Below, one piece after another: positions 5,956 to 15,800 of a stretch of 32,000 nucleotides of DNA. This DNA comes from Leptolyngbyaceae cyanobacterium (GTDB taxonomy: Bacteria > Cyanobacteriota > Cyanobacteriia > Cyanobacteriales > Coleofasciculaceae), in NCBI GenBank assembly GCA_036703965.1, contig DATNQP010000442.1, positions 2,247-34,246 on the forward strand. The letters run 5' to 3'. Position numbers and translations under genes: made by a program. The notes under the pieces are model-generated. The model saw only the letters and a program-made list of their open reading frames with translations. It searched no databases and was not told the DNA's origin. Numbering within the stretch: position 1 is the stretch's first letter; each line of letters opens with the position of its first letter.

Positions 5956-7797
5956 TTACTTGGGAGCGTGATAATCGATAAACCTCTTTGGATGGAACCT
6001 TTTACCATTGCCATTTTCCGGCAACGACTCTCCAGCCAAATCCTTACCCATCGCCCTATTAATTCTTGCTACCAGCGCCTGCGTTCTCGCTTCAAAAAAT
6101 GCGTCAAAATCATCGTTGTGCAAAGTTGTCGGCTCAATTAGGTGCGATCGCAAAATCTCATCAATCCTCTGCCTTGACATCCCTTGTTCTTCTAACTTTG
6201 CCAGATACTCTGATGGTGCTTTCCCCCCTAAAAACTTATTTGTCTTCGCCGTTAGGGGTGTCTTGTTAATAATGCTGTTGTAGCGTGAGCGGGGAATTCC
6301 CTGTCGCTTGCACCACTCTTGAGGGAAGATGTGGTGGTTCTCAATCTTCTCGTCGAAGTAACGAGCTGCCGTAATCGGTTCGCCACTGACAAAATCTAAT
6401 GCCCCATCACGTCTAAGTAAAGCAGCGATCGCTCTATAAGTCGCCCCACCAGAATTAACTAAACTCTGCAACCGTTCTGCCGACAGATGCGCTTCTTTTA
6501 CGGTTGATGGCACTTCGCCACCATTAAGCCATTGAGAAACTTCGATCAAATCCTTGGCGGCAGTCCCTTCCCGTGATCGCGAATAAATCCCCGATGCTGC
6601 CCCACAGTAAAACCACTGTTGTAAGAATTGCCGCACCCAGTCCAGCTTCGTTCCCTCTTGTAAAATCGCAAACAAAGGAGCCATGACCACAAGCTGCATC
6701 GCATAAGGAAGATCATTAGCATCGAAGATGGCTTGAGTATGGAGAAAACGAGCCACTTCCTCAAAGGCGGCACCGATCGGTTCCATCCAGTGCTGATATT
6801 GCGCCAACTCTAAACCCAGCACATCCTGACGATTACATGCTACTCCCGGTAGCCGTTCGGGATGACAACCCTGCTGTTGAGCTTGCACTCGTCGCGCATA
6901 GTTGGCCATCAAAGCGATCGCCTGTAAGAAATCTGTTGGCTTTAACAGGCGCAAAACTTGATGAGAACTAAAGCGCTTCTCTCTGACTATCCAGTCTGAG
7001 CGCAAGTCAAAATCAGTGGCAGCGAAAGAGGACGTTAACAAGTCAAATTGTGTCAGTTCGCACTGTCGTTTGTTGTTTTCCTCGAAAATGTAACAGACAG
7101 CTTCTTTAGGCAGTTCGGCTCTCAAGACGAACAATCCCATCTGATAATGCTCGAATTTCTTGATGACGGTTGCTTCAAATTCGTCAATCAAGGCTAACTT
7201 TTGTGGGTCGTAATGCCAGTATTTGCAGTATTGAGAGCGCCACTGGGGGAAATTGAAGACTTGGGAAATGGGAAATAAATCGAGTTCAAATTCTTTTTTC
7301 GGCGTCGAACAGTCCAGTACAGGTTGTTCGTGCCGATAGAGCTTTTTATCAACCGTTAAGCCCCAGATAGCATCTCGGCGGTCGGTGTGAGGGTAGTCGA
7401 GGGCTTGGGCAATGTCGATATAGTACCAGCGTTGCTCCGCTGGGTAGCGTTTGCCTCGATCGATCCGCACGGGTTGGTCGGATAGCAGGGACATGAACAG
7501 ACTGGTGAGGCGTTGCTGTCCGTCAAGAATCAAAGCTGTCGGCACGGGAGGATTAGCGAGGCTCAAACTTTCGACAAGGCGGGGCTTGAATTTGACATCC
7601 GGGTTGCCTTGCTGAAGGAGCATTACCGCTCCCACTGGGAAACCAAGGGAGACGCTAGCAATTACCCGTTCGATGCGCTCTTCATCCCAGCACCAGGAAC
7701 GCTGAAAGTCCACAAGCTGTATTTTGCCCTGTTGGATATCCCGTAGCAGGTCGAGCAGGGGTTCTTTGGTGATATCGAAGGTGGAAATGGAAGTCAT
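5956..7797 (-). CDS. GmrSD-family DUF262/DUF1524 protein (putative modification-dependent type IV restriction enzyme)
   Basis: The N-terminal DUF262 signature includes QRSWCWDEERIERVIASVSLGFPVG and LILDGQQRLTSL. The C-terminal His-Me/HNH-like DUF1524 signature includes ENHHIFPQEW...NSIINKTPLTAKTNKFLG. The track ORF extends to 7899; the ATG at 7797 (MTSISTFDIT) is the more likely start. Confidence 0.8.
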   Translation of the reverse strand: MTSISTFDITKEPLLDLLRDIQQGKIQLVDFQRSWCWDEERIERVIASVSLGFPVGAVMLLQQGNPDVKFKPRLVESLSLANPPVPTALILDGQQRLTSLFMSLLSDQPVRIDRGKRYPAEQRWYYIDIAQALDYPHTDRRDAIWGLTVDKKLYRHEQPVLDCSTPKKEFELDLFPISQVFNFPQWRSQYCKYWHYDPQKLALIDEFEATVIKKFEHYQMGLFVLRAELPKEAVCYIFEENNKRQCELTQFDLLTSSFAATDFDLRSDWIVREKRFSSHQVLRLLKPTDFLQAIALMANYARRVQAQQQGCHPERLPGVACNRQDVLGLELAQYQHWMEPIGAAFEEVARFLHTQAIFDANDLPYAMQLVVMAPLFAILQEGTKLDWVRQFLQQWFYCGAASGIYSRSREGTAAKDLIEVSQWLNGGEVPSTVKEAHLSAERLQSLVNSGGATYRAIAALLRRDGALDFVSGEPITAARYFDEKIENHHIFPQEWCKRQGIPRSRYNSIINKTPLTAKTNKFLGGKAPSEYLAKLEEQGMSRQRIDEILRSHLIEPTTLHNDDFDAFFEARTQALVARINRAMGKDLAGESLPENGNGKRFHPKRFIDYHAPK

Positions 7798-7929
7798 GCC
7801 CTTGTTCGTGCTAAAGGTTGGCAGCAGCAACGGAGTACTTCTAACTACCCTAAAACGTTCTTGTGTGACCAAGTGAGGCATGAATCGAATTCCTCTCAAT
7901 CTGATAGGTTTTTGTTAAGTTTGTTTAAA

Positions 7930-8238
7930 TTACTCTTGACTATTGGATACAGGGCATAAACGGGTTTTCAGTCCATCGGGAATTTCTTCAAAATGCTCGA
8001 TAAACAAATCTGCGAGTGCTAGATAGCGCAAGTGGTATCTAGTCGGTGGCGAAAAGTTTGTTCCTCGCTCAAACCAGCGTTGGACTGTGGCGAGGGAGCA
8101 TTGACAGATAGCTGCCATCTGCGATCGCGTTACGCTCCATTTGGCTTCAAAGGCACGGGGAGACATCCCTAACTGGCAGTTGGCGTAGAGACGAATCAAC
8201 TCCAGTTCTTGTTGTCCAAGGGGACGAGGATAGGTCAT
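7930..8238 (-). CDS. Small helix-turn-helix protein (putative transcriptional regulator)
   Basis: 102 aa. The segment TRSQMAAICQCSLATVQRWFERG looks like a classic HTH. Its ATG overlaps the stop of the upstream gene (ATGA at 8235-8238). Confidence 0.55.
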   Translation of the reverse strand: MTYPRPLGQQELELIRLYANCQLGMSPRAFEAKWSVTRSQMAAICQCSLATVQRWFERGTNFSPPTRYHLRYLALADLFIEHFEEIPDGLKTRLCPVSNSQE

Positions 8239-8837
8239 GAGTTTGTCTCCAAGGGCAGAGGTTCAAGGTGTTCTTCCCAACAGGTATCAGCGACACAGAA
8301 CTGAGCGCTGGGAGAAGAGGGAGCGAGGAGAATCAGGTATTTCCACCCCCACTGGCAGCGATGAGGAGCAAAGGCGTAGAACCGCCCAATGGCGATGCCC
8401 CTGTCGGTTTCGTCTGTATGAGATAACGGTTTCCATCGGAGGCGATCGCCATACAAAAACTTGGGCGTTTCGGCACTATCCGGGAAATTCGCTGGCAGGC
8501 TAATACCCGGAACTGAAGGATGGAAACTCAGCGAGGGTAAGCCAGAAAGTGAACTATCTAACTGGAAAGCTTGCAGGAGATTGGAGAGCTGTTGGCGATT
8601 CAGGTTGTTAGTGACTTGGCGGATGAGTAAGGCAGTGAGCGAGTCGAGTTCTCCTTGGCTAAGTGGGTTTGTTTGGCTGTTTTCGATGGGTTGGCTGAGG
8701 GACGTTATGCGTTCTGCGCCAAGTGCAGTGCCTATGGCATCGCGCAACTCCAACACGCCAAAGTCCTGTAAGGCTTGCAGGTAGGCAGGGTCAGGTTGAG
8801 TTTGGTGGAAGCGCTGTTGCTTTTCGGTTGGCTTCAT
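8235..8837 (-). CDS. Hypothetical protein
   Basis: The ORF is translationally coupled to the HTH gene. The track start at 8891 is a TTG; the first ATG is at 8837 (MKPTEKQQRF). I recognise no family. The C-terminal segment is Trp/Gly-rich (RLRWKPL..GIAIGRFYAF..QWGWKYLILL). Confidence 0.45.
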   Translation of the reverse strand: MKPTEKQQRFHQTQPDPAYLQALQDFGVLELRDAIGTALGAERITSLSQPIENSQTNPLSQGELDSLTALLIRQVTNNLNRQQLSNLLQAFQLDSSLSGLPSLSFHPSVPGISLPANFPDSAETPKFLYGDRLRWKPLSHTDETDRGIAIGRFYAFAPHRCQWGWKYLILLAPSSPSAQFCVADTCWEEHLEPLPLETNS

Positions 8838-8869
8838 AGGGATTTTTTCTGGGAGTACCCTGATTTTAG

Positions 8870-8969
8870 GCACATAGTCACAAAAAGGCAATAAGAGGGA
8901 CTATGTGCTTATTTTGCCTAGCGCTGATACAATCCAGAGATAATTAAGCACAAGGTTATTTGTGCTTAA
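8870..8969. promoter_or_regulatory. Divergent promoter region with reiterated operator-like half-sites (TGTGCTTA / TAAGCACA)
   Basis: Inverted repeat GCACATAGTC (8870-8879) / GACTATGTGC (8899-8908). Inverted repeat TTAAGCACA (8944-8952) / TGTGCTTAA (8961-8969). The 8-mer TGTGCTTA or its complement occurs three times within 70 bp, just upstream of the RHH gene. Confidence 0.55.
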
Positions 8970-8975
8970 CGAGGA

Positions 8976-9440
8976 TTGGCTGAGGATAAATACGTTTCTG
9001 TAAGGCTCTACTTACCAGACCAAGAATTTAAGCGGCGCTTTCAGGCGGCTTGCGCGATGCATGGGCGCAAGATGAGTGATGTGGCGGTAGAGCTGATTGA
9101 TGCGTGGCTAGGTGAAAATGAATCGCTAGAGCAGTTGCGACAAACAGAGACTGCTCGCCGCACTGATGCAGTGAGTCGCGTACCAACGATCGCGTCTTTG
9201 ATTGAAGAAACGCTAAGTAACCGCGACTGGGTACTTGGGAAGCTTGCGGCGGATGCTGAAATTTCTGTGGAACGGATTAATAAGTTACTAGAAGGAGAGC
9301 GCCCCTCTGATGTAGAACTCCAAAAGCTCGCCCTACGGTTGGTTAAACCCGATGGTGAAGCGTGGGAGGAGGGGGAACTGGTGGATATTCGACTGGCTGA
9401 GGATTTGAAGCGGAGACGGCAGCAGAAGCGATCGCGTTAG
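8976..9440 (+). CDS. Ribbon-helix-helix (CopG/Arc-like) plus XRE-like HTH DNA-binding protein
   Basis: TTG start. The N-terminal VSVRLYLPDQEFKRRFQAACAMHGRKMSDVAVELIDAWL fits an RHH beta-alpha-alpha pattern. The C-terminal LAADAEISVERINKLLEGERPSDVELQKLALRL fits an XRE-type HTH. Confidence 0.6.
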   Translation: MAEDKYVSVRLYLPDQEFKRRFQAACAMHGRKMSDVAVELIDAWLGENESLEQLRQTETARRTDAVSRVPTIASLIEETLSNRDWVLGKLAADAEISVERINKLLEGERPSDVELQKLALRLVKPDGEAWEEGELVDIRLAEDLKRRRQQKRSR

Positions 9441-9486
9441 GGTTCTATACGGAAATGTAATTTATGGGAAGATGCTGAGGTAGCCG

Positions 9487-9795
9487 ATGAGCATTGATGA
9501 TGAACTTCGCAAAACTCGCACAAATACCTATGTATCTGCCCTGGATATCCATATCCTTAATGCTGGCACTGATACTGAGCGCGATCGCCAAATTGCAGCA
9601 GGCTCGCTTGCATGGAATCTCCCCAAGTTAGAGTTTGGATTGGATGCGATCGCTAAGTACGTCACGGTTGATGAAGCGGGTGCTGACTTTATGAAGGGGT
9701 TTTACGCTTGGTCAGAGCGCATCCTCAAAGAGGGATACAGTATTCTCGAAAGATTCCAAATTCCTCCTCAACCGTTTGAGCATCCTTTGGTGTAG
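9487..9795 (+). CDS. Hypothetical protein
   Basis: 102-aa ORF, 46 nt downstream of the RHH gene on the same strand. No recognisable motif. Confidence 0.4.
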   Translation: MSIDDELRKTRTNTYVSALDIHILNAGTDTERDRQIAAGSLAWNLPKLEFGLDAIAKYVTVDEAGADFMKGFYAWSERILKEGYSILERFQIPPQPFEHPLV

Positions 9796-9902
9796 CAGGA
9801 ATTCGGTTCACTAGGCTAAAAGTAGGGTCACATCAGTTGCCTGAGAATAGACGGATGTTTGAGTTCCTCGTTGTGGCAAGCTAGGGTTGTGGTAAGTGAT
9901 GG

Positions 9903-10169
9903 TTATTCAGCTTTCTTGGGAAATTCACACTTGACGGTGATTTCCATGTTGCAGCCACCTTTAGCGTTGGCAATGTAGGGCACTCCAGCTTCGCTGCTGA
10001 TGTTGACTCCAAATTTCAGGGTGACTTCACTGACTTCCGCGATCGCGACATTCTTAAAGGTATTCAGGGTATAGGTGGTATATGCCCGAATAGTTTGTTC
10101 GATCGCTCGAAATGTTTGCGGGACTTGCTTGTGTGGATCGCCGATAAATACCCCACCTCGTTTTACAAT
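9903..10169 (-). pseudogene. trypco2 / CU044_2847-like small protein remnant lacking a start codon
   Basis: An 88-codon open frame not in the track: IVKRGGVFIGDPHKQVPQTFRAIEQTIRAYTTYTLNTFKNVAIAEVSEVTLKFGVNISSEAGVPYIANAKGGCNMEITVKCEFPKKAE. The C-terminal pattern (EV.L.FGV....EAG...A......N..ITV) matches what I recall for the trypco2 family. The frame is closed upstream by TAA TGA and has no ATG/GTG/TTG until the final 14 codons (first is an ATG). Confidence 0.35.
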
Positions 10170-10510
10170 TCATTACCCTTGGGCAGATTTCAGCAGCCTC
10201 ACTCGATATCGAAGGCGCGATGCGATCGCACAAGTGATAGAACCTGCCCAAATTTGGAGTAAGTTACCAAATCGTAAATACTGGTTAGATGCCAGCCACT
10301 TAAGCGGTTCATCCGACTTGGTTGTTCAGGGGAAAGCAGTAATTAAACTCTGCCGAAAATAGAAGCCGACTGTTTTTGACCGCTAGGACAACAAGTGTAA
10401 AGTGACTGAGGCGATCGCCTGCTCACACTTCATCAACTCTTTATCAATATGGGGTCACACCCCTCACGCCAAACACCATAATAAGACTAATAGATGCACC
10501 CTGATGATCG

Positions 10511-10542
10511 AGAGAGTCGCATTCGTGACTCTCTATTTTTTT
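10511..10542 (+). terminator. Rho-independent terminator with no annotated gene upstream
   Basis: 10-bp stem AGAGAGTCGC / GTGACTCTCT (one G-T pair), 4-nt loop ATTC, followed by A and seven Ts (10536-10542). Confidence 0.6.
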
Positions 10543-10758
10543 AGGAAGCTTTCAAAATCAGTAGATATACCATGTACCCGGTAGTGCCTCTAGAGTTAGC
10601 CTCGATAAAGACCATCTGGGACGCACCCTTGTCATGCCCGTGACTGAATCGCCATTAACTGCTGTACTTGCGAAGGAAACATAGAGAAAGTTACAAGTGC
10701 GATACCCTGGCAAGGGAACAGCAAGCATGGACAGGGCTAGAGAGGAGGAAGAGGAAAA

Positions 10759-11340
10759 ATGGCTACCGATCGCGTTTCTCAGAGCGCACTCGATACTATC
10801 CTTGCGCTACAGATAACGGTAGCTTGGGCGGGTGAAGCATTGTCTGAACCTAAGCGCGTTGGCTGGTGGCGGACTGACCTTGTTGATGAGTTAGGGGGTG
10901 GGGACTTATTCAAGCGCCTCTTCCCTCATACGCATCGGTGGGCATCCCTTGAAGCAGTGCGTCAGGTGGCGATTCAGGTGGACAAGCAGGCAAGACTAGG
11001 AATGGCAAAGCCTGACGAGGTTCGCACGCTGTTCTTCTGGGGTTTTGCAGTGGATGAAAAGCTAGCAGAACGGTTCAACTTTCACAAACGCAGTGGTAAG
11101 GAACCAGTTGAAGTTCTCGACTTTCCTTTAGAACTCGACGAAGACTTTGTTAAGGTTGACTTTGAGGATGCACTCCGGATTCCCAACCACAACGTCAGTC
11201 ATAAGGTCGTTCCTGGGGGTCGCGAAATTGCGGAGGCGATGCCTGAAGCTTTAGAGTTAAGGGCTAAGAAGCTGGCGGCTGGACTTCTTCCTCTTGCAGA
11301 TGACTACCCGATGCCATTTTACCGCGTAGAGGGTAGATAA
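10759..11340 (+). CDS. brxE: BREX type 6 protein BrxE
   Basis: 193-aa first gene of the operon, preceded by a purine-rich GAGGAGGAAGAGGA. Called from its position directly upstream of brxA in a locus that also has brxD and brxHI, which is the type 6 layout of Goldfarb et al. 2015. I do not hold an independent sequence signature for BrxE. Confidence 0.6.
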   Translation: MATDRVSQSALDTILALQITVAWAGEALSEPKRVGWWRTDLVDELGGGDLFKRLFPHTHRWASLEAVRQVAIQVDKQARLGMAKPDEVRTLFFWGFAVDEKLAERFNFHKRSGKEPVEVLDFPLELDEDFVKVDFEDALRIPNHNVSHKVVPGGREIAEAMPEALELRAKKLAAGLLPLADDYPMPFYRVEGR

Positions 11341-11345
11341 CCTGG

Positions 11346-12176
11346 ATGACAATTGAATGTATCCAAAACCAGTTCCCGGAGCAAGATGCACGCTTAGCAC
11401 CGTCATACGGTGTAGAGGTCAATCAATTTCATACCCGACTGCTTCGTATGTCTCTGGCTACGGAGGAAAGCCGTGCTTATTGGGAAAACCTCCAGGTGGA
11501 GATTCCTAAAGATAAGCGGGTGGTTGTGGCTTTTGAGGAGCGCTGGTTTGGTAACAAAAGCATGGCTCGCGTTGAGACTATTCTTAAGAACTTTGCCTAC
11601 AGATTTGATGCGTACCCAGTAGCATTAGAGGTTTTGCAACGTTGGTGTCCGAGCAACCCAACGACCCGCCAAAATATTTGTCACTGGCATCTACAATTAT
11701 CCGATCCTATTTACCGCAGCTTTTCAGGTATCTTTTTGGAGCAAAGACGGCTGCACCCCGAACCCACGCTCGATCGGGATGTAGTCGTTCGCTGGGTATC
11801 TGGACAACTTAATAACCAATGGTCATCAGCTACAACAATTCGCATGGCTACCGCTTTGATGACCTGTGCTACTACGGCTGGACTTTGTTCTGATAACCCT
11901 GGCACGCGCCGTCTGGCGTATCCCAAAGTTACGGATGAGGCACTGGCTTACTGGCTCTATTTTCTCCGCTATTTATCGTTTGAAGGGTCGTTATTAAACA
12001 ATCCTTATTTGGCTTCTGTGGGCTTAAGTGAGAGTTTCCTCGAACAGCGCCTGCTTCGTTTACCCGGACTGTCTTTTAAACGCATGGGCGACTTGCAAGA
12101 TATGGGGTGGCAATACCCCGATTTGAAGTCTTGGGCAATTCACTGTCTTGGACTCAATTGGGAGGATGGGAAATGA
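11346..12176 (+). CDS. brxA: BREX protein BrxA (DUF1819 family)
   Basis: 276 aa, in the conserved position before brxB and brxC. Its stop overlaps the brxB start. Confidence 0.65.
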   Translation: MTIECIQNQFPEQDARLAPSYGVEVNQFHTRLLRMSLATEESRAYWENLQVEIPKDKRVVVAFEERWFGNKSMARVETILKNFAYRFDAYPVALEVLQRWCPSNPTTRQNICHWHLQLSDPIYRSFSGIFLEQRRLHPEPTLDRDVVVRWVSGQLNNQWSSATTIRMATALMTCATTAGLCSDNPGTRRLAYPKVTDEALAYWLYFLRYLSFEGSLLNNPYLASVGLSESFLEQRLLRLPGLSFKRMGDLQDMGWQYPDLKSWAIHCLGLNWEDGK

Positions 12177-12814
12177 CCACTTCTCTGGGACCGTTGTTTG
12201 ACAAAACCTTTCCGGTAGTGCAGGCACTCCGCAATGACCTGTTAGCTGAGGGGGGTCCCCAGATCAGTACCATGCGAAACTATCGTTTTGCCATCTTACT
12301 CTACGATCCGGGGGCTGAGTTTAAACTGCGATCGCAGATTCGCCGTCTGAGTGATGAACTCAAAGGACTAGGATGGAACATTTTATCCATTTCACTCCAA
12401 TCCCTGTTGCTGGAGCGACTCAAGAAGGAAGATCGGCGCGTCATTGATAGCATTATCCGTACTGAACGCCGTTTCTATGACCGAAATCCAGACCGTGCCT
12501 TAAACCATTTAAAAGACAAAATTGCACCCCACATTGAAGGCGCTGGCGGCATTGCTAAGGACGTTATTGCTCTGATTGATGAGTTTGCCGACAAACATCC
12601 TGCTGATATCAATCGAACTGTAATTTTTGTGGGGCGGACAGGTGCTTTATATCCATTCTTTCACTCGTCATCGCTGCTGAAGCATATTGACGGGAAAACC
12701 CGCAATCTGCCTGTTGTTTTGCTCTATCCAGGCAAGCGACATGATGGCAATGCGCTTTCGTTTATGGGAGAAATTCCCCCAGACCGAGACTACCGACCGA
12801 GGATTTATTCGTGA
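12173..12814 (+). CDS. brxB: BREX protein BrxB (DUF1788 family)
   Basis: The ATG at 12173 overlaps the brxA stop (ATGA). The track ORF starting at 12107 is an upstream extension inside brxA. Called from size and position before brxC. Confidence 0.65.
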   Translation: MTTSLGPLFDKTFPVVQALRNDLLAEGGPQISTMRNYRFAILLYDPGAEFKLRSQIRRLSDELKGLGWNILSISLQSLLLERLKKEDRRVIDSIIRTERRFYDRNPDRALNHLKDKIAPHIEGAGGIAKDVIALIDEFADKHPADINRTVIFVGRTGALYPFFHSSSLLKHIDGKTRNLPVVLLYPGKRHDGNALSFMGEIPPDRDYRPRIYS

Positions 12815-12851
12815 ACCACTATTCTATTGATTTCGTAAGGAAGCTGAGGAA

Positions 12852-15800
12852 ATGCTAGTCAAAGAGGTCTTTGCTGCGGATGTCACCCGCGACATTGCTC
12901 CTGTAATTTACTTCCACGAGCAGGAGCCTGCCAAGGTTCTAGCAGAGGTCTCTGAGTATATCATCACAGGGGGATATCCAGAAACAGACCCGCGCCATCG
13001 TCGTATTCAATCGGGAATCCACGAGCAGTTTGTGAGATTGCTTTTGTCGTTGGCAGCAGAATTGCGAAAACCACAAGGGACTGAGCTTCCGGCTGTGTGG
13101 ATTTCTGGCTTTTATGGATCGGGGAAGTCTAGTTTCGCCAAGCTGTTAGGTTTGGCACTCGATGGCGTAACTTTACCCGATCGCCGCACGGTTGCCGAAG
13201 CTCTTCTCGCTAGAGATGACTCGCCAAAGGCAAAGGAATTCAGAGAAGCGTGGGAGGAAGTCCGCCGTCAAATCGATCCGATCGCAGTCGTTTTCGATAT
13301 TGGCGCAGTCGCTAGGGATGACGAACATATTCACTCCGCCGTGAAGCGGCAAGTGCAAGCGCGTCTGGGGTACTGTCCCAACAGCTATGTGGCTAACTTC
13401 GAGTTGAAGTTGGAACTTGACGGTAAGTGGGATGAATTTTTGGCTCAGGCTCAAAAAACGCTCTCGCAACCTTGGTTAGAACTCAAAGACAGCCAACTGG
13501 CGGACGAAGATTTTTCTCTAGTCATGCACGAAATGTACCCAGATCGGTACACCGATCCGATGACTTGGTATGACAGCCATATTGCTTCCCAAGACCAAAG
13601 TGGTTCCTCGGTGGCAGAAACAACCAAAGCGATCGCGGCAATGCTGCGACATCGCGCTGCTGGCAAAACCTTATTTTTGGTGGTCGATGAGGTGAGCCAG
13701 TATATCTATCAAAATGACAACCGAATGCTCAAGTTACAGTCCTTTGTAGCTGACCTCGGTCAAAAGCTCAAGAGTACAGTTTGGCTGTTTGCTACCGGAC
13801 AACAAAAGCTTGAAGACAGCGACGATGAGAGCAATATTGGCAAACTGAAAGACCGCTTTCCTCCCAAACTTCGCGTTCACCTCGACCCTGCCAATATCCG
13901 AGATGTCGTTCACAAACGGCTGTTGAAAAAGTCAGCGACTAAAGAACCCCAACTGCGATCGCTTTTTGGTCAGCACCGCAGCGACCTCAAACTCTACGGC
14001 TATTCCTGCGATTCCATCACGGAAGAAGACTTCCTTGAAGTTTACCCGATGCTGCCAGGGTATGTTGATCTGCTGATGCAAATTACGTCTAATTTGCGAG
14101 TCCGTTCGACGCGCACTAAGGGTGATGATTATGCGATTCGAGGATTGTTACAACTGTTGGGGGAACTGTTCAGAACCCAGAATTTGGGAGAGCAGGAACT
14201 GGGAGCATTAGTGACTTTAGATAGCATCTTTGAGGTGCAACAATCGGCATTAGATGCCGATATGCAAAATACCCTCTCTCGTGTCTTTTCTCATCCAGAG
14301 GTTGCCAGTGACGACATGGCAATCAAGGTAACTAAGGTTGTATCGCTGTTGGAATTAATTCAAGAACAGCAACCCACTACAACTAAGTTCATCAGTCAGT
14401 GCCTCTACGAGCAGTTAGGGAGGGGGAATAATGAAGCCATTGTTCAGCAGGCATTAGATAAACTGCGCGATTTAGGATTTATTTCTTATTCAGACAAGCT
14501 CGGCTATAAAATTCAAAGTTCCGCAGGGCAAGAATGGCAACGCGAACGAGAAGAGCATAGTGTACCCGATGATGACATTAGTCTAATTGTTAGCGAAAAA
14601 GTTAAGGACTTATTGGGAACTGTAGAGAACCCCTCTTATAAAGGCAAAAAGTTTAGGTGGACTGCTTTTTACACTGACAACCGTCAGCGCAAGGATGAAC
14701 GGTTACAGAAAGTCACCGATCTAGATGTGATTGCAGTTGATTTCCGTTATTTAACCAAAACTGAAGATCGCGATACAACAACCTGGGTGCAAACCAGCGA
14801 CAGCCCACTGCTGCGAAATCGCCTACTTTGGGTTGTAGGGACGCCTGCTGAAGTGAAATCCCTTGTTAGAGAATTGGCGCGTTCCCGGCACATTCTTAAT
14901 CGCTATGGCTCGCGCTTACAGTCCATTTCTAAAGATAAACAACGCCTGTATTTCGAGGAACAAAGTCGCTGTGAGGAGCTAGAAAAACAAGCCAAAGATG
15001 CGATTACTAAAGCATTTATGGATGGGGAACTTTACTTCCGAGGTAGGCAAATTGACAAGCGAGAACACGGGACATCCTTTGCTACTGTGCTGCATCGCGT
15101 TGGTGAGAGTATTCTTCCCGACCTTTACAACCAATATGTCGATATTGCGATTACACCTACTGAATTGGCGCAATTGCTCGAACCCACGTTATCGGGACCC
15201 TCTTCTAAGTTCATGCAGCAAGGATTGGGGATTCTTGAACTCGATGCAGGTAAGTACGTCCCCACTTGCAACGGTCAAGTTCCCAGCCGGATTTTGCAAT
15301 ACATTACGGATTACAATGGAGCATCGACGGTCAGTATAGTAAACGATTTCGGTGGTCCCCCTTATGGCTATTCCGCAGACGCAATTAAGGCGTGTTTAGT
15401 GGGACTACTTCGGGCTAGTAAAATTCGCATTCGACCGGAGTCTGGAGCAGAAATTACCTCGATCCGCGATCCGGGGACTAAAGATATTTTCCAGAAAGAC
15501 CGCGATTTCAAGCGTTCTGATATTCTCCCAGAAAGCGGTCAAGGAATTAGTGCGCGAGACCGAAATAAAATCTGTAAGTTCTTCAAAGACTATTTACAGG
15601 TTGACCTCGATCGCGAGAACGATGCGATCGCAGATGAGGTGTTCAACTGGTTCCCAGGTCGGGCTAAAGTGCTGCAAGAATTGGAGAAGCAGTATAGTCG
15701 GCTGCCCAATCGTCCCGAACTGCCCGATTCGCTCCTTAAGCTGCGAACTGCCTTAGAAGACTGTATGCGATCGCGCCAAGTCGAGGCTACAGTGCTAGCG

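Noticed and set aside
10054-10584. ORFs 10054-10251 (-), 10075-10362 (+) and 10402-10584 (+)
   Set aside because: The first two overlap the trypco2-like remnant in wrong or antisense frames. The third reads straight through a strong terminator hairpin. None looks like a real protein.
12107-12172. Upstream extension of brxB in the ORF track
   Set aside because: It lies entirely within the brxA coding sequence. The ATG at 12173, which forms an ATGA overlap with the brxA stop, is the standard coupled start.
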